DNA of 64,000 nucleotides from Octopus sinensis (lineage: Eukaryota): contig NC_043006.1 in assembly GCF_006345805.1 (NCBI RefSeq), positions 51,770,001 through 51,834,000 on the forward strand. Direction: 5' to 3'. The translations under genes and the position numbers were made by a program. Below are positions 12,581-25,634 of the stretch, one piece after another. The notes under the pieces were generated by a model. That model saw nothing but the letters and a program-made list of their open reading frames with translations, had not been told where the DNA came from and made no database searches. Numbering within the stretch: the stretch's first letter is position 1; each line of letters starts with the position of its first letter.

Positions 12581-13866
12581 TAGGGTCATCCCATAAGAAA
12601 TGCGGTTTTTTTACATTTCTTTTATTTTTTAAAATTAAGAAAAACAAAGTTCTTTTTTAATCTAAAATATACTTTCCTTCATTTTTTTACAATGCATTTC
12701 CACCTATCTGGTAGACTTGCAAGGTCCCTCTTCCAAAATTCACTTGTCCGTGAAGAAAAATACTCTTCCAGTACTGTTCTGACCTCGTCTACAAAATTCC
12801 TATTTTTCCCGTCCAAATGATTTTGAGGACTGCGGAATGAATGATAACCAGATGGGCAATGTCCGGCGAATATGGTGGGTGAGGCATCGTTTCCCATTCA
12901 AACTGCCCCAGCCTTTGGAATGTCATCCTCGCTGTATATTGCCGAGCATTATCCTGATGGAAGAACATCTTCCGTCACGAAAGCAAATATGGTCGTTCTC
13001 CTTCTAGCGCTGACTTAAGTCGCTCCAGCTGCTCGCAGTAGATCTCCTTTGTTATCATTTGTTTTCTGTTTAAAAATTCAAAGTGGTCTAAACCTTTCAT
13101 ATCCCACCAAACAGATAACAACACCTTATGTGGGTGAAGACCTTCTTTAGCCTGGGTGCAGGTGTTTCTTCTTTACCTATCCACTATCTTCGACACTTGA
13201 CATTTTTATAGAGCATCCATTTCTCGTCACCAGTCACTATTCGGTCTTAAAGAGGTTCATTCGTGAGACATGAAGCAAAGAAGAGCACACATTCACTCTT
13301 TGCGCGCAATGAGACTCGAAAAGTTTGTGAGGAACACATTGACCCAATTTGCTGATTTTTCCGATGGCATGCAAATGTTGATGAAAGGTTGAATGACCAA
13401 ATCCAAGCTTCTCTACTAGTTCCTCAACAGTTACGATGGGATTTTGTTCCACTAGGGTTTGTAGGACGTCCTCATCGAGCTCTACGGATCTTCCAGGGCG
13501 AGGCTTGTCTTTCAGGCTGTAGTTTCCGGCTCGGGATTCTGGAACCACTGTTGACACTGGCTTACGCTTATTGTCCAATCCCTATATACTGCATTAATAT
13601 TCCTTGTACTTTCTGTTGCGTTGTTGCCTTTATTGAACTCATGAAATAACATATGCTGAATATGCTCCTTTGTCACTTCTGTTATAGCTTTGAAAAAAAT
13701 AACTGTTAAAATCGAACTGTACTCTTCAAAACTTGCACTAAGAATAAGTACAGGGTAAAATTACTACCTGATCTTATAGCAAGTTGATACAGGTAGTTTA
13801 TCCCGCCCTCCTTCAACTTCTAGTTCAAGCAATTGAAAAAACTGCATCATTTATGGGATGACCCAG
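12581..13866 (-). mobile_element. Full-length degenerate mariner (DD34D type) transposon
   Basis: TIRs GGGTCATCCCATAA...TGC(G/A)GTTTTT at both ends, TA flanks, ~1.29 kb. Transposase relics: PGR, CVPHKL (WVPHEL-like), TGDEKW, QDNAR, YH.FRS.QNHLDGK. Confidence 0.92.
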
Positions 13867-13869
13867 TAT

Positions 13870-13912
13870 ATTTATGTATGTATGTATGTATGTATGTATG
13901 TATGTATGTATG

Positions 13913-13965
<53 letters not shown>

Positions 13966-13992
13966 TATGTATATATATGTATATATATAATA

Positions 13993-14037
<45 letters not shown>

Positions 14038-14075
14038 CATGTATATATATATATATCTGTGTGTGTGTGTGTATT
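13870..14075. repeat. Compound (TATG)n/(TA)n/(TG)n microsatellite
   Basis: Seen directly. Confidence 0.95.
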
Positions 14076-15321
14076 GTCAGCTCAGGGGATATTGGAAACG
14101 AGAATGTAAAGAAATGCAACTAAAATGTGCAATTCTGTCAGTTGTTCTATTTAACACCCATTTTTAAACTCCGAATATAAATGACCAAACAGCAGGATAA
14201 TCTTCCTCAAGTCACACTCTATTCTCATAAAGTATGGAATATATTCTGAAGAATGCACTCTTTGATATAGAAATTGACAGAACGATCATGGCTGTAATGC
14301 TTTGGATCATAAGTATGTTTGCACGTACACACACACACTCGCGCACGCACACACACATATTCTCTGAATGTATGAAAGCAAACATGAACAGTAAAATTTA
14401 CTGAGCAGATTCACCTTTAAAAATGTTATTTTTTAAAAGACGAGCGGAGGCAGAAGGAAAAAACAATATGTCTTACAAGCGCTGAGACTGAAAAGAAGGA
14501 TGGGAGAATAAACGAGCATAAATAAATGGACAATACAGAATAGGAGGACAAATAAGATAAACAGAACAAAAGCCCTCATCAACTGTCATCTAAACGTTTA
14601 TCGCAGTTTCGGACACATTTAGACGGGATTACAATAGTTAGTAGTGTTCGACAGCTATGGCTTGAAGCTATCAGGGATAAACATTAAAGAGAAAGAAAAT
14701 GCTAAGAATGCACATGGAAGAACACAAGATGTGCGACAACTCTTTTGACACAGGCAGGATAATACAGGAAATTTAAATAGCGTTACGACTCGACGAGGCA
14801 AAGTGTGTAAAAGATAACAGAAAGCAAAAGTATAGTAAAGACTTTCGACACGAAGAATTGCGGAATAAGGCAGAACAAAACAATACGACTGTCCATGAAC
14901 AAAAGGTACAAACGATGAAGAAAAACAAGAAATGAAAAAACGAATTAAACTGCTTTCTGGGAAAAGAAGTTGCAAAAGGCAGAACGGAAGGGATAAACGA
15001 AAGTGAACAAAAGAGAGAAGGTCAGAGAGAAAGGTGGATGGGGTGGGGTGGAGGTAGAAAACACATGCACTATTTCCCAACAGTCTATATTATATACAAG
15101 TATATATAAATACATACTGTGCATGTGTGTGTGTGTATGTATGTGCTTAGTGTGCATGTGTGTGTGTGCGTGTATGTTGAGATAGAGATAGAGAGAGATG
15201 GGAAAGTGATAGGAAGAGAGAGGGGGAGCGAGAGGGAAGAGGGTGGAAAGAGAGGGGGAGAGGGAGAGAAGGAGAGAAAGAGAAAGAGAGCTAGAGATGA
15301 CAAGAAAAACCATGCACTTAC

Positions 15322-15397
15322 CGTTTTCCCATCATGCACAGTATCTGGGTTTGCCCCGCCACTCCCCGTCAATACGAAACTTGAAACTATCCGATGG
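15322..15397 (-). CDS. Internal 76-nt exon of the signal-peptide/TM gene; reading frame ambiguous
   Basis: Long polypyrimidine tract and TTGTAG| acceptor; ACG|GTAAGT donor. Phase 0->1 frame gives PSDSFKFRIDGEWRGKPRYCA*WEN with one TGA; phase 2->0 frame gives HRIVSSFVLTGSGGANPDTVHDGKT and is open. Confidence 0.6.
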
Positions 15398-16199
15398 CTA
15401 CAATGGAAGGGAAGGCTTTTGTGAGGACCAATACCACGAAGGAGGGTTTTAGTGAAAAGAGAAAGAAAGAAAAGAAAAGTTAACAATGTTATGGTAGTGT
15501 GAAGGCGATGTGATTGTAGCTGTAGATGTGGTGTTGATGGTGTTCGTATTGGTGACGTGGTTATTGTTGTTAAACCCTAGGCCGGTCCAATTCAGCACAC
15601 CTATGATCAAAGACGATTATACTGTGGGCAGGGATGTAGTCAAGTTCTAAAGTTAGTGGGAGCAAACACATAAAAATGAAAGGCGCCGTGACACATGTCA
15701 GACAGTTTTTAACTCAATGATTATATATTTTATAAAAAGCGCTAATTTTGAAATATGTGTTCGGAGTAAGCGGTCACTCTCTTTGTTTTTCTATTAGCTA
15801 CGTCACTGACTTTGAGCATCCCATCTATTTTTAGGCATAGTTTGCCCAGCAAAAATTATCCACAATGTTCATTTGAAATGGGTGGCGTCTGATTTGAGCA
15901 AGATTTGATTAATATATTCATCATGTCGTATGGGTCGTATGATCCTGTTGCTGGGTTGTGCAATTGTTGTGGTGGTGATATTGAAAAGGGCTTTTGTGTG
16001 TTCCCAGAGAATATTACTCTCAGGGGCGCTAGTGTTGGTATATTCGTGATTAAGTTACTACCAGAAATAAGTGCATCTATTGTTTAGGAAAATACTATTT
16101 ACTTGTTTAAGGGTTATACTGGATAAATTGCGAAATAACCCTAACAATTCAAATACTAAGAAATAAGCATATTCAATATAATTTTTGCCAAATAATTTA

Positions 16200-16487
16200 G
16201 GAAAATGAATGTATTATTTCCCTTGGCTATATATAAAGATCCCTTCCCGGGGCGAATGGGTTATTTCCTTTGGTTTTTAAAATAAATATTAGATATATAT
16301 ATAAGGATCCCTTCCAGGGGCCCTATTATCGATTTTTTCAACAATCTGAGTATGCCATAAGATTTCCAGACATGAGTTCTACTCACGTGTCAAGTTTCAT
16401 CAAAATCGATAAAACGATGTAAGCGGAGTTAGCCAACAACTTCACAAACACACCCACAAACAGAATTTCCCACATATTTAGTATATA
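16200..16487 (+). mobile_element. 3' portion of a Helitron-like non-autonomous element
   Basis: Closely matches 54090-54366 (GAGTTCTA.TCACGTGTCAAGTTTCATCAAAATC...CCACATAT.TAGTATATAT). Confidence 0.7.
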
Positions 16488-16634
16488 TATAATATACATT
16501 ATATGTATGCATGTATGTATGTAGATACATATGTACGCATATACATCGAGAAAAAGTGTGAGAAGGGGAGAGAGATAGCAATAAATATATACATAGTTCG
16601 TGTTAAGCGGTATGAGAATTGCATTAGAAATATT

Positions 16635-17012
16635 GTGAGCTGGCAGAAACGTTAGCGGTGAGCTGGCAGAAACGTTAGCACGCCGGACGAAATGATTAGC
16701 GGTATTTCGTCTGTCTTTACGTTCTAAGTTCAAATTCCGCCGAAGTCGACTTTGCCTTTCATCCTTTCGGGGTCGACTAATTAAGTACCTGTTACGCACT
16801 GGGATCGATGTAATCGACTCAATCCGTTTGTCTGTCCTTGTTTGTCCCCTCTATGTTTAGCCCCTTGTGGGCAATAAAGAAATCAGAAACGTTAGCACGC
16901 CGGGCGAAATGCTTAGCGGTATTGCGTACTGGGGTCGATCTAATCGACTGCCCCCCACCAAAAAAAAAAAAAAAAAAATTTCGGGCATTGTGCTTAGAGT
17001 AGAAAAGATTAT
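16635..17012 (+). mobile_element. SINE family A (OK-like) with duplicated head, followed by an internally deleted second copy with the alternative tail
   Basis: GAGCTGGCAGAAACGTTAGC occurs twice; full body ends ~16883; second copy 16884-17012 ends GGGCATTGTGCTTAGAGTAGAAAAG. Confidence 0.85.
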
Positions 17013-18119
17013 TTTAAACATCGTTGAGTCATTGCAAACTGAGTCTTTAGATTTGCCCGTGATACATTCCAGGTAATAAAAAGTTTATTCCTCTCTGGGA
17101 CACACTATAGTTACTGCCAGATGGTACAAAACGGGCTGTTCATTTCTGTACAAATGCAATGAAGACAGTTGCGGTATCAGGTGTCAATCAGCTACAGAAA
17201 GAATTTCACGAAGAATAAAAATAAAAATAAATGAGTGCTTATCTTTAAATCCAGCTTCTGTCAACATTGAGGTAAGGCATGTGTCTTATTTGAGCAATCG
17301 TAAGTGGAAAATAAATCAATAATACGGTAACTACTGAAAAAGATATCTTCCACTTGATCGACATTTGGTTTCAAGGACAATCCTATTAGCTAACGTTCTT
17401 AGAATACAAACACTACTTTTACATTATTTCAAAACGGTATTAAGTTATTTTCCAGTCTTTAATTTTTGGCCAGTTTCTTTATTTTAATAAATAAATAAAT
17501 GAATGAATTAATTAATGCTTATCTAAATGAGGAAGGACTGTATGGCATTTTTCAAGCCCTCTAAGGCTGGGAGGTGAAAGCTACTCGCAGACCAGAGACT
17601 TGCAACGGCGTGCACACTGCTAAAGGCCGTTTGTTAGAAAGGGAGACGGCTTAGGTTTACGAACAATTAAGTGGGGTGGGGTGCTGAAGGGACGGTATGA
17701 TGTATAATATAAGGTAAATTTGAATAATACTTTAGAGAATGTTCTTGGTTTAATTGACTGCAGGCTGGATTCAGGACACACTGCACGAATGAAAGTGTTC
17801 ACACTATGCATATACAGACATATTCATACACTTACACATACATGTGCATGTACACACAGATATACACATATGTATGAGTATACATGTATATGAAATTATA
17901 CACTCGGACATACCAGTATACAGTTTCATGATCCAATATAAGTTCCAGATCCAACAAAGAGAATGTTTCAGGTAGGTTGTTTATGTAAAATAAGAACACA
18001 AATGGAATAAAGCTTCACTACAGCTGTTTCAGACGCATTTGTTATTGATGAATGATTCGATTTCATCATAAAGAAAACCGTTTTCTTCAAGTGAATTGAA
18101 AAGTAAAAAATTGGAGCGG

Positions 18120-18206
<87 letters not shown>

Positions 18207-18282
18207 TGTTTGTAAAAACCATAAATTCGAAAGAAGCACACTCTAAGATGTAGAGTAGTATATATTACAAATGGGGAAGGCT

Positions 18283-18420
18283 GGTTTATGGCGTATCGTC
18301 AGATCCCCAAAACCTGTTGTTGACCCATGATCTCTTAAAAATATGGAGGCATTTCCCCCTCCATATTTTTAAGAGGCCATGGGCCAATAGGTTTTTGGGA
18401 TCTGACGATAAGCCATAAAG
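18283..18420. repeat. ~65-bp-arm inverted repeat (hairpin)
   Basis: TTTATGGCGTATCGTCAGATCCCC...AATATGGAGG pairs with CCTCCATATT...GGGATCTGACGATAAGCCATAAAG around an ~8-nt loop. Confidence 0.9.
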
Positions 18421-18509
18421 CTAAACTCTTTATGGACGGGATACCTATATATATATATATATATATATATATAGGTTTCCATAAAGCTAAACTCTTTATG
18501 GACGGGAAA

Positions 18510-18570
<61 letters not shown>

Positions 18571-20454
18571 AATGATAAATATATATATATATATATATTC
18601 CCCTTCTTATACAAGTTTCTATATTATATTAATCTAAATCTGTTTAAATTCAGAAATACTCGTTAACTGGTAATTCTAACTACTGTATATTTTTCAATTC
18701 ATTGCTTTTGAATATTATCTCTCCTGTTCTTTTAATGTTGCACAGTTCTGCCGAAAGCTGTGCATAGAACACATCACACACTCACACACGCACAAAATAC
18801 AAACATCTGATTAGCTTATTCTCTCGTATAGAAATATACTTTAAGTCACTAATAACACTCCTCTCTCTTTCTCTCTCTCTCTTTGATAGAGATGCACATG
18901 AATGTACTATCTCTTACACGCGGTCTTATGCACATAAAATCCTTCCAATAGAAACACAATCTATACAACACATGATGTTTCGTTCTCCGTCCCTCTCCCC
19001 ACACAAACTCATCTCACCGTTTTGAACCACGAATCTGTTACCAGGCAACATTGGATATCCTGCTGTATACATACATACATACATACATACATACATACAT
19101 ACATACATTCGCTCTCTCTCTAACACACATACTCTCACACAGACACACTCACACACACACATAAGGTCATGTGGCTTCACAAATGCCTTCTTACTTAACC
19201 GCTTTGTCAGCAAAATTCTGTAACCGGAAACTACGCAAAAGCTCGTACCTGTTGCTGCGTCATACACTTCATCCGTTGCCCACTTTAAGTTTACCATTTC
19301 CCTTTAGGCTCCTTAAATAGAGTTCCTCTTGTCACAAATATTCAGCTATGCATTCCGGTTGTATTGCAGCAACATTTCTTTCACTAAGCCATAAAAAAGA
19401 TACATGCATATACGCTCACAAACGCGCACATATGCCCATATACATTCACACGCATTTAGTACATTTGAACGTATATTGACGTTTGTTTTTGACTATGTTC
19501 AATAACTTTTGTTCAGCACGTTTAGTTCACAAGTTCGTTTTAATGTTTTATGATTTTTAAGTTCTTGGGATGAACAATGTCCTTTTTGATGATATTTCTC
19601 TGTTTTCTGTATTGCTTTGCTTCATAGTTATAATGGGCGATTAATGTTTGAGATTTGGTGTTTGTATTAGTACTTTGCAAGAATAATCAGGTGTAGACAT
19701 ATTTGATATATTGTGCTAATCTTTTGGGCCTCTGTTTCTTGTCTGTTAATTCCAAGGCAACTTTTATATTTTATATGCTTTGACATTGCTGAATTAAATG
19801 ATACTTCTCAGATGATGAAACCATGATGATATCCGTTACGTGGCTGAAGATGGGATGTATAGGCTTGATGTTCTATTTTTTATGTGTGCGTGTTGTTGAC
19901 AGCCATCCTTTTGTATCTTGTGGTTCTAAGTTGGTCTTCATTGAAATTCTTTCGTGTAGAGTTAAACTCGTTTAGGGAATTCTGGAGTTCTTGGATTTAT
20001 GGTGGCTTTGTTGTATATATTACACCATGCATTGATATTATGTGACTGCCTTCATTAGGCTCCTAACTCTGGTAAATGTTATAGTTGTTTAGGGATTTGT
20101 AGTTTAGGGATGTTCTGTTGCATTATCTTTAAACGTACGCACATCTCTTTTGACGAATAAAAGAGAATACTCTGCACAGTCGCTCAACCTCGTAGAGATA
20201 TTAGCCCAGACATCCTTCAAACCACATTCTACCATCAAAATAGGACTTTATATATGCCATATAGACGAGTTTTCCTCACACATCTATTACACACGAACCT
20301 CGTTAACACTTCATATTTTCTTTTTGTTTTATTGTTTATAATGTTGTTATAATGTATATCGATCCCTCAACCTATTACTTTACTCTTCGTTATTAATAAG
20401 ATTTTTCGAAATAATTGACTCTATCTTGTCTGCGTAATTCTTATTTATGCTTCT

Positions 20455-20685
20455 TATTTCTTTATTGCCCATAAGGAGCTAAACATAGAGGGGACAAACA
20501 AGGACAGACAAACAGATTAAGTCGATTATATCGACCCCTGTGTATAACTGGTACTTCATTTATAAACCCCGAAAGGATGAAAGGCAAAGTCGACCTCGGC
20601 GGAATTTGAACTCAGAACGTAACGGCAGACGAAATACTGCTAAGCATTTCGCCCGGCGCGCTAACATTTCTGCCAGCTCGCCGCC
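20455..20685 (-). mobile_element. SINE family A, full length
   Basis: Reverse complement of 45849-46079. Confidence 0.92.
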
Positions 20686-21203
20686 TTTATCTAATTTATG
20701 CTTCTATCAAGCCTGCAAAGCCAAACGTTTTTACACCCATTATGTAGGCTGCTTCCAAAATAGCCTCTTCAGTTGGTTGACAATGATTCGGTCGTTAACA
20801 CGCTACAACCACTAAATTACAATCATGTTCTTTTTTCTCATATGCTCCTCAACGGATATTACAGTGACCTCTGATTTTCTGAAACGGATATCATTACATG
20901 CCATCTCTTCTCAACATCTTTATTGTATTTACTTTCCATTTAGACTACAAAAGCCATGGCTAATGCGCATGTACACACGCACAAGCACACGCGACCGCAC
21001 ACACACTCACAAACAGATATAAACACGCAAGTGTAAGCAAGAGGAATAAAAGATTGTAGTCAATATTGAAACTAGAGTGATCTAATTTAAATTATATATG
21101 CACGCACATATACATAAATATGTAATATATATGTATATAGACACATATATGATTCTATCTACATATATACAGATATATATATATATATGCATATATACAT
21201 ACA

Positions 21204-21249
<46 letters not shown>

Positions 21250-21340
21250 ATATATAAATAAACATACATACCTACATATACACGCATAAACATGCGCGCA
21301 CGCACACACACACACACACACACACACCACACACACACAC

Positions 21341-22620
21341 ACGGTGTCCCAAAATTTAAGCAACCGAGTTATTTTTGCCAAAGTGAAATATTGTTATATT
21401 TCGGGTTCGAGCGTTTCAATGCAATAGCAAAGGAAGCATAATTATGACACTGCCACATTTATTCGATATGACCACCTCTGTTTCGAATCACAGCCTTAAG
21501 TCTAGGTGCGAATTCTTCACACGCGGCATACAACTGTTCTTGCAGAATCGACACCCATTCCTGGCGCAGTTTTGCCTTAAGAGCGTCGAGCGAAGCATCA
21601 GGGGTGCTCGAGACTCTACTCTTCAAAATGGACCAAACAGAAAAATCCAACGAGTTGAGATCGGAGCTTTTTGAGGGCCGTATATCCTTGCCCATGAATG
21701 AAAGAATGTTTTTCTGAATCCAGTGTTGTGTCTGTTTGGAGCTGTGGATTGGTACCGAGTCCTGTTGGGGGCTCCAAGACGCGCCTTGAAAATGCTAATT
21801 TGCCCATGGAAGCAGTTCAGTTTCTAGAATGTCGCTAATGTATCGCTAGCTGTTAATTTTTATACCCGAGGGCGAGAAAACGAGAAGGGGCCAGGCAGTG
21901 GCTGACACAGCCGCCCAAACCATAAATGACTGTTGATTTTGACTTCAATTCACGAGTCCACCCTCGACAGAGTCAGATACACCCCAAAGTCGGCCATTCT
22001 GGTGGTTTACTGTCTGTTCGCTGTTAAATTTCTTTTCATCAGTGAACACCAGGTTGGGTAGTGTGCCTTCAACAATCTGACACAGGATCAAACGATCTCA
22101 TGGCCTTATAAACTTGCGGGAGCTTATGACGGCAAATCATCTTGTATTTATGGGTCCTGAGATCCTCCTTCAGCACTCGATACATCAATGCTTGGCTTAG
22201 TTTTGCTGTGGCAGCCAGTTTACTGACTGAACGACGAGGATTTCACCATATCTTTTCTCTGGTACTATTGATAAACTGAGGGGTTCGCACACTTCTTTTC
22301 GGCCACGTCCAGCTCGATCATCGGTGGAACCAGTCACTTAAAATTTCTTGGCAAATTTCGAAACAGTTGTTCGTTAAGTTCTTTTAGCTTTTTTTTGCTA
22401 TAGTTGTATTACTTTCGCCTCCTTTGTGGAAGGTTATGATTGTATTTCGGTCTATAGCCGGCATTATCTAATTTATATATCTGAATTTATTTAGCCTGAA
22501 ACAAAAAGAAGACACACTAAGCTTTTTTATAATGATGTATACTTTTCATAATACCTTATCACATTTATTGATAGTTATTAAAGCCTGAAACTTCGGTTGC
22601 GTTAATTTCGGGACATCCAG
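21341..22620 (-). mobile_element. maT-type (DD37D) Tc1/mariner transposon, degenerate
   Basis: TIRs G(G/A)TGTCCC(A/G)AAATT...GCAACCGA at both ends. VFTDEKKF and QQDSVP...SDLNSLD motifs with 37 residues counted between the 2nd and 3rd Asp; C-terminus RLKAVIRNRGGHIE. Confidence 0.88.
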
Positions 22621-22819
22621 TTTATATATATATACATACACTCATAATAAATCGTCTTAGTGGCGTATCTCTAAGACGATACACCTATAAATAAATAGTT
22701 GTTGTTGTTGTTGTGTGTGTGTGAGGTAGAGAGGAAGTGTGTGAGTGAATATGTACAAGTAAGTATATATGCATATATGTATATATGCAACTACATATAC
22801 GGATTCATTTATGTGTATT

Positions 22820-22960
22820 TCATTTTGCTGTTAAATTAGATCGCACTAGAATTTTTTTCTTTTTTGTCCGTAGCTTAGGATTAAGATTGAAGCAACTGGT
22901 TTCTTTATTATTTAATAATTGATCAGGATCCACCCGTTTCTCCTCAAAGTTCATTGTAAT
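22820..22960 (-). CDS. Candidate alternative terminal exon of the signal-peptide gene
   Basis: CTAAT branch-like motif and CATATCACAG| acceptor in phase 0. Translates to ITMNFEEKRVDPDQLLNNKETSCFNLNPKLRTKKKKILVRSNLTAK*; no strong donor before the stop. Confidence 0.3.
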   Translation of the reverse strand: MTMNFEEKRVDPDQLLNNKETSCFNLNPKLRTKKKKILVRSNLTAK

Positions 22961-23059
22961 CTGTGATATGTGCATGGTATTAGTTATCGTAGCACTGCAT
23001 CCTTCAAACATTCCATGCTTCCTGAGATTCGCCAACACTACACCTGATTTTTTCCCCCT

Positions 23060-23241
23060 CTGTACACATGCAAGCATGTATCTGACTCATACACTGTTCA
23101 CTTTCTAGACATTTGTACATTACTGCATATGCTTTATACGCACTTTTGACAAGTTGTGGTGCATCTGAGCACTGTATACAATAAATTCATTATTATTATT
23201 ATTATTATTATTATATTATTATTATTATTTTATTATTATTA

Positions 23242-23290
<49 letters not shown>
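23060..23290 (+). mobile_element. Probable LINE 3' end with an (ATT)n tail
   Basis: Unique segment ending CACTGTATACAATAAATTC directly followed by ~100 bp of (ATT)n. Confidence 0.4.
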
Positions 23291-24513
23291 GTTTGAGGAT
23301 GTTTTGTTTGTTTGTATTTGTCTATATATGTGAGCTTGCTTGGTCTGGGAATCCCACTTCAAACAGTACTAAAAACAATAGCCGAACGTCAATAAAATCA
23401 TATTCTACCGTCTTAAATAAAGAAAGATGCTTTAGACAATATAATTCTTGATGACAAGATTGTTACGGCAGTTATGCCTTTACTTATACGTCTGCTGGAT
23501 CAGAGAAGACCCAAGTTTAAACAACAATAACTCAAATCACAAATATATTTTTACAGATATATTATAGTCATTATTATTGATGGATTAAATAAAAAAATTA
23601 ACATCATTCGACATATAGATATCTTTATTTTTAAATAAAAAACCTTTATCATACATTAGTTTCACATAAAAATATTATTTCACTGGTACTTACTTTCATC
23701 GTCAATACAGCAAAGTGAATTAAGGAGATATTGAAAAACTTCTACTTTGTGCTACAGGTATCGAATTAAATATATTTATTCTGTTCACCTCTGATCTATA
23801 GAGTGGGCAAGGAAATAAGACGTTGTGGTTCATATGCTTTGAAGGATACATTAGCAACCCAACTGAAGTGAAATTACTTCAACTAAGATTAGGAATCGGG
23901 AGAAGGATTCGGGTCGCCAAGACACAAGCTATCACCAGTATATTTAACCCAATACTGAAAGAGAAAATCCCAAATTCGGTATTCTTGATAAAACTAGAAA
24001 TAGTTTGAAAAAATATTTCTAAGGATCTGATATCTGGCAAAGTTTGAATGTAACACAGGAAGTTTTTCTATGACCACAGTCCGCGATTCAATTTCGTTAG
24101 AGTCATTTTCTGGCCACAATTTATATTTCATCATGAAGACTGATATCAGAAAAGCTAAGGCGACTTACATTTCCTTTGAAATACTATAAGAAAAATATTG
24201 CTTTGAGTAGAATGATTATCTTTCTTACTATATTTGACTATCACAACATATCTTTGAGTTATTGTCATTGTTGTCTGAATGAATATACTCTGATGATCAA
24301 CATTACTGACAGAAGATATTTACTGTTGCTTTCAAATGTGCAGCAGTTTCTGTAGAAATATTCAGTCGTATCACACTAATGATTGCTTTGATAGTATGGA
24401 ACAGTGTGATCTTATGCGCAAAGTTCTTCTGATGCTTCATGATATGCGTTGCTGTTTATGAGGGATGTACTAGCAAGGAAAGAGATAGTAAACGAAATAA
24501 GAGGTATTCTTAC

Positions 24514-24648
24514 CTCCAGCTTCTCACAAAAGACCACAAGACCCAGCAGTGGAGGATTTTCAACGCGTTCAATGTAGCCTGAACAACATGGTTCAGAACA
24601 GAACACAGCTTTTCTCATTCTTTTTACACCTTTCATACAGCACAGCAA
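24514..24648 (-). CDS. Internal Cys-rich coding exon (phase 0->0)
   Basis: GTATTTACAG| acceptor and GAG|GTAAGA donor; 135 nt with only one open frame, LLCCMKGVKRMRKAVFCSEPCCSGYIERVENPPLLGLVVFCEKLE. Phase matches the upstream exon. Confidence 0.62.
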
Positions 24649-24770
24649 CTGTAAATACATGCAATAGGTAGACATTTGAAATATGAACACCAATGATATA
24701 TGAATTTATGAATTTCACATCATTTCACAATTCATTTATCGGTTTGTCTTATTGTCTGGCAGTCTTTATG

Positions 24771-24804
<34 letters not shown>

Positions 24805-24926
24805 TGTATGTATGTATGTATGTATGTATGTATGTATGTATGTATGTATATGTGCATGTATGTATGTGTGTGTGTATCATATGTATATTTCTATACTATA
24901 TATACATATACATGCACGTACACACA

Positions 24927-24978
<52 letters not shown>

Positions 24979-25568
24979 GCATTAACATACATAAATTTGA
25001 AAATACCGCGCGTAAGTCATAAGATGCAGAAAAAATAACGAAAGAAAGTGTACAATTCCATTGCTATAGTAATTTAATAAAACAAAATGCTTTATTACAT
25101 ACCGGTTTCACTTCTTATGTGAGATAATCATTGAGCCATCTACGTGTGAAGTGAAATTTGTAAGTAATAATGTATTCTGGAATTTACAATAATATGTTTT
25201 GAAATACTTTGATTATAACAACGTATTTTGGAATAATTATATGTTCATTGTATACCTGTTTTCACCTTATATAATACTCATATGTTTGACGTTTGTCTTA
25301 TATGTTTAAGCTTCATGATTGTCTCCGTCTTATTCAAAAACCAACCTTATGGATATTGCTATCGTATCATCATTCATTTTTATGTGATCGGATTTATTAT
25401 ATGTATATTAATCGTATTATTCATCGGTACATTTGGTAAGGATCGACGAGACGTTATAAAATAGCTAATAGTTAGATACAAGTAACAGAATATATATATA
25501 TATATAGTATGTGATGTTACTAGTGAATGTGATAATAACAGTGCAAGGAGGAGTCACCAGACACTTAC

Positions 25569-25634
25569 CTGATCATCTGCTGCAGTCATCGTGATCAACA
25601 ATATAACGAAACATAATATTCTCCAAGACTTCAT
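25569..25634 (-). CDS. Start-codon exon encoding a signal peptide (exon spans 25569-25656)
   Basis: MKSWRILCFVILLITMTAADDQ; consensus CAG|GTAAGT donor (phase 0); acceptor TTTTGTTTTATATTCAG| at 25657. Confidence 0.72.

Noticed and set aside
19248-19297. Possible minus-strand exon MVNLKWATDEVYDAATG ending at AG|GTACGA
   Set aside because: No pyrimidine-rich acceptor and an in-frame stop just upstream.
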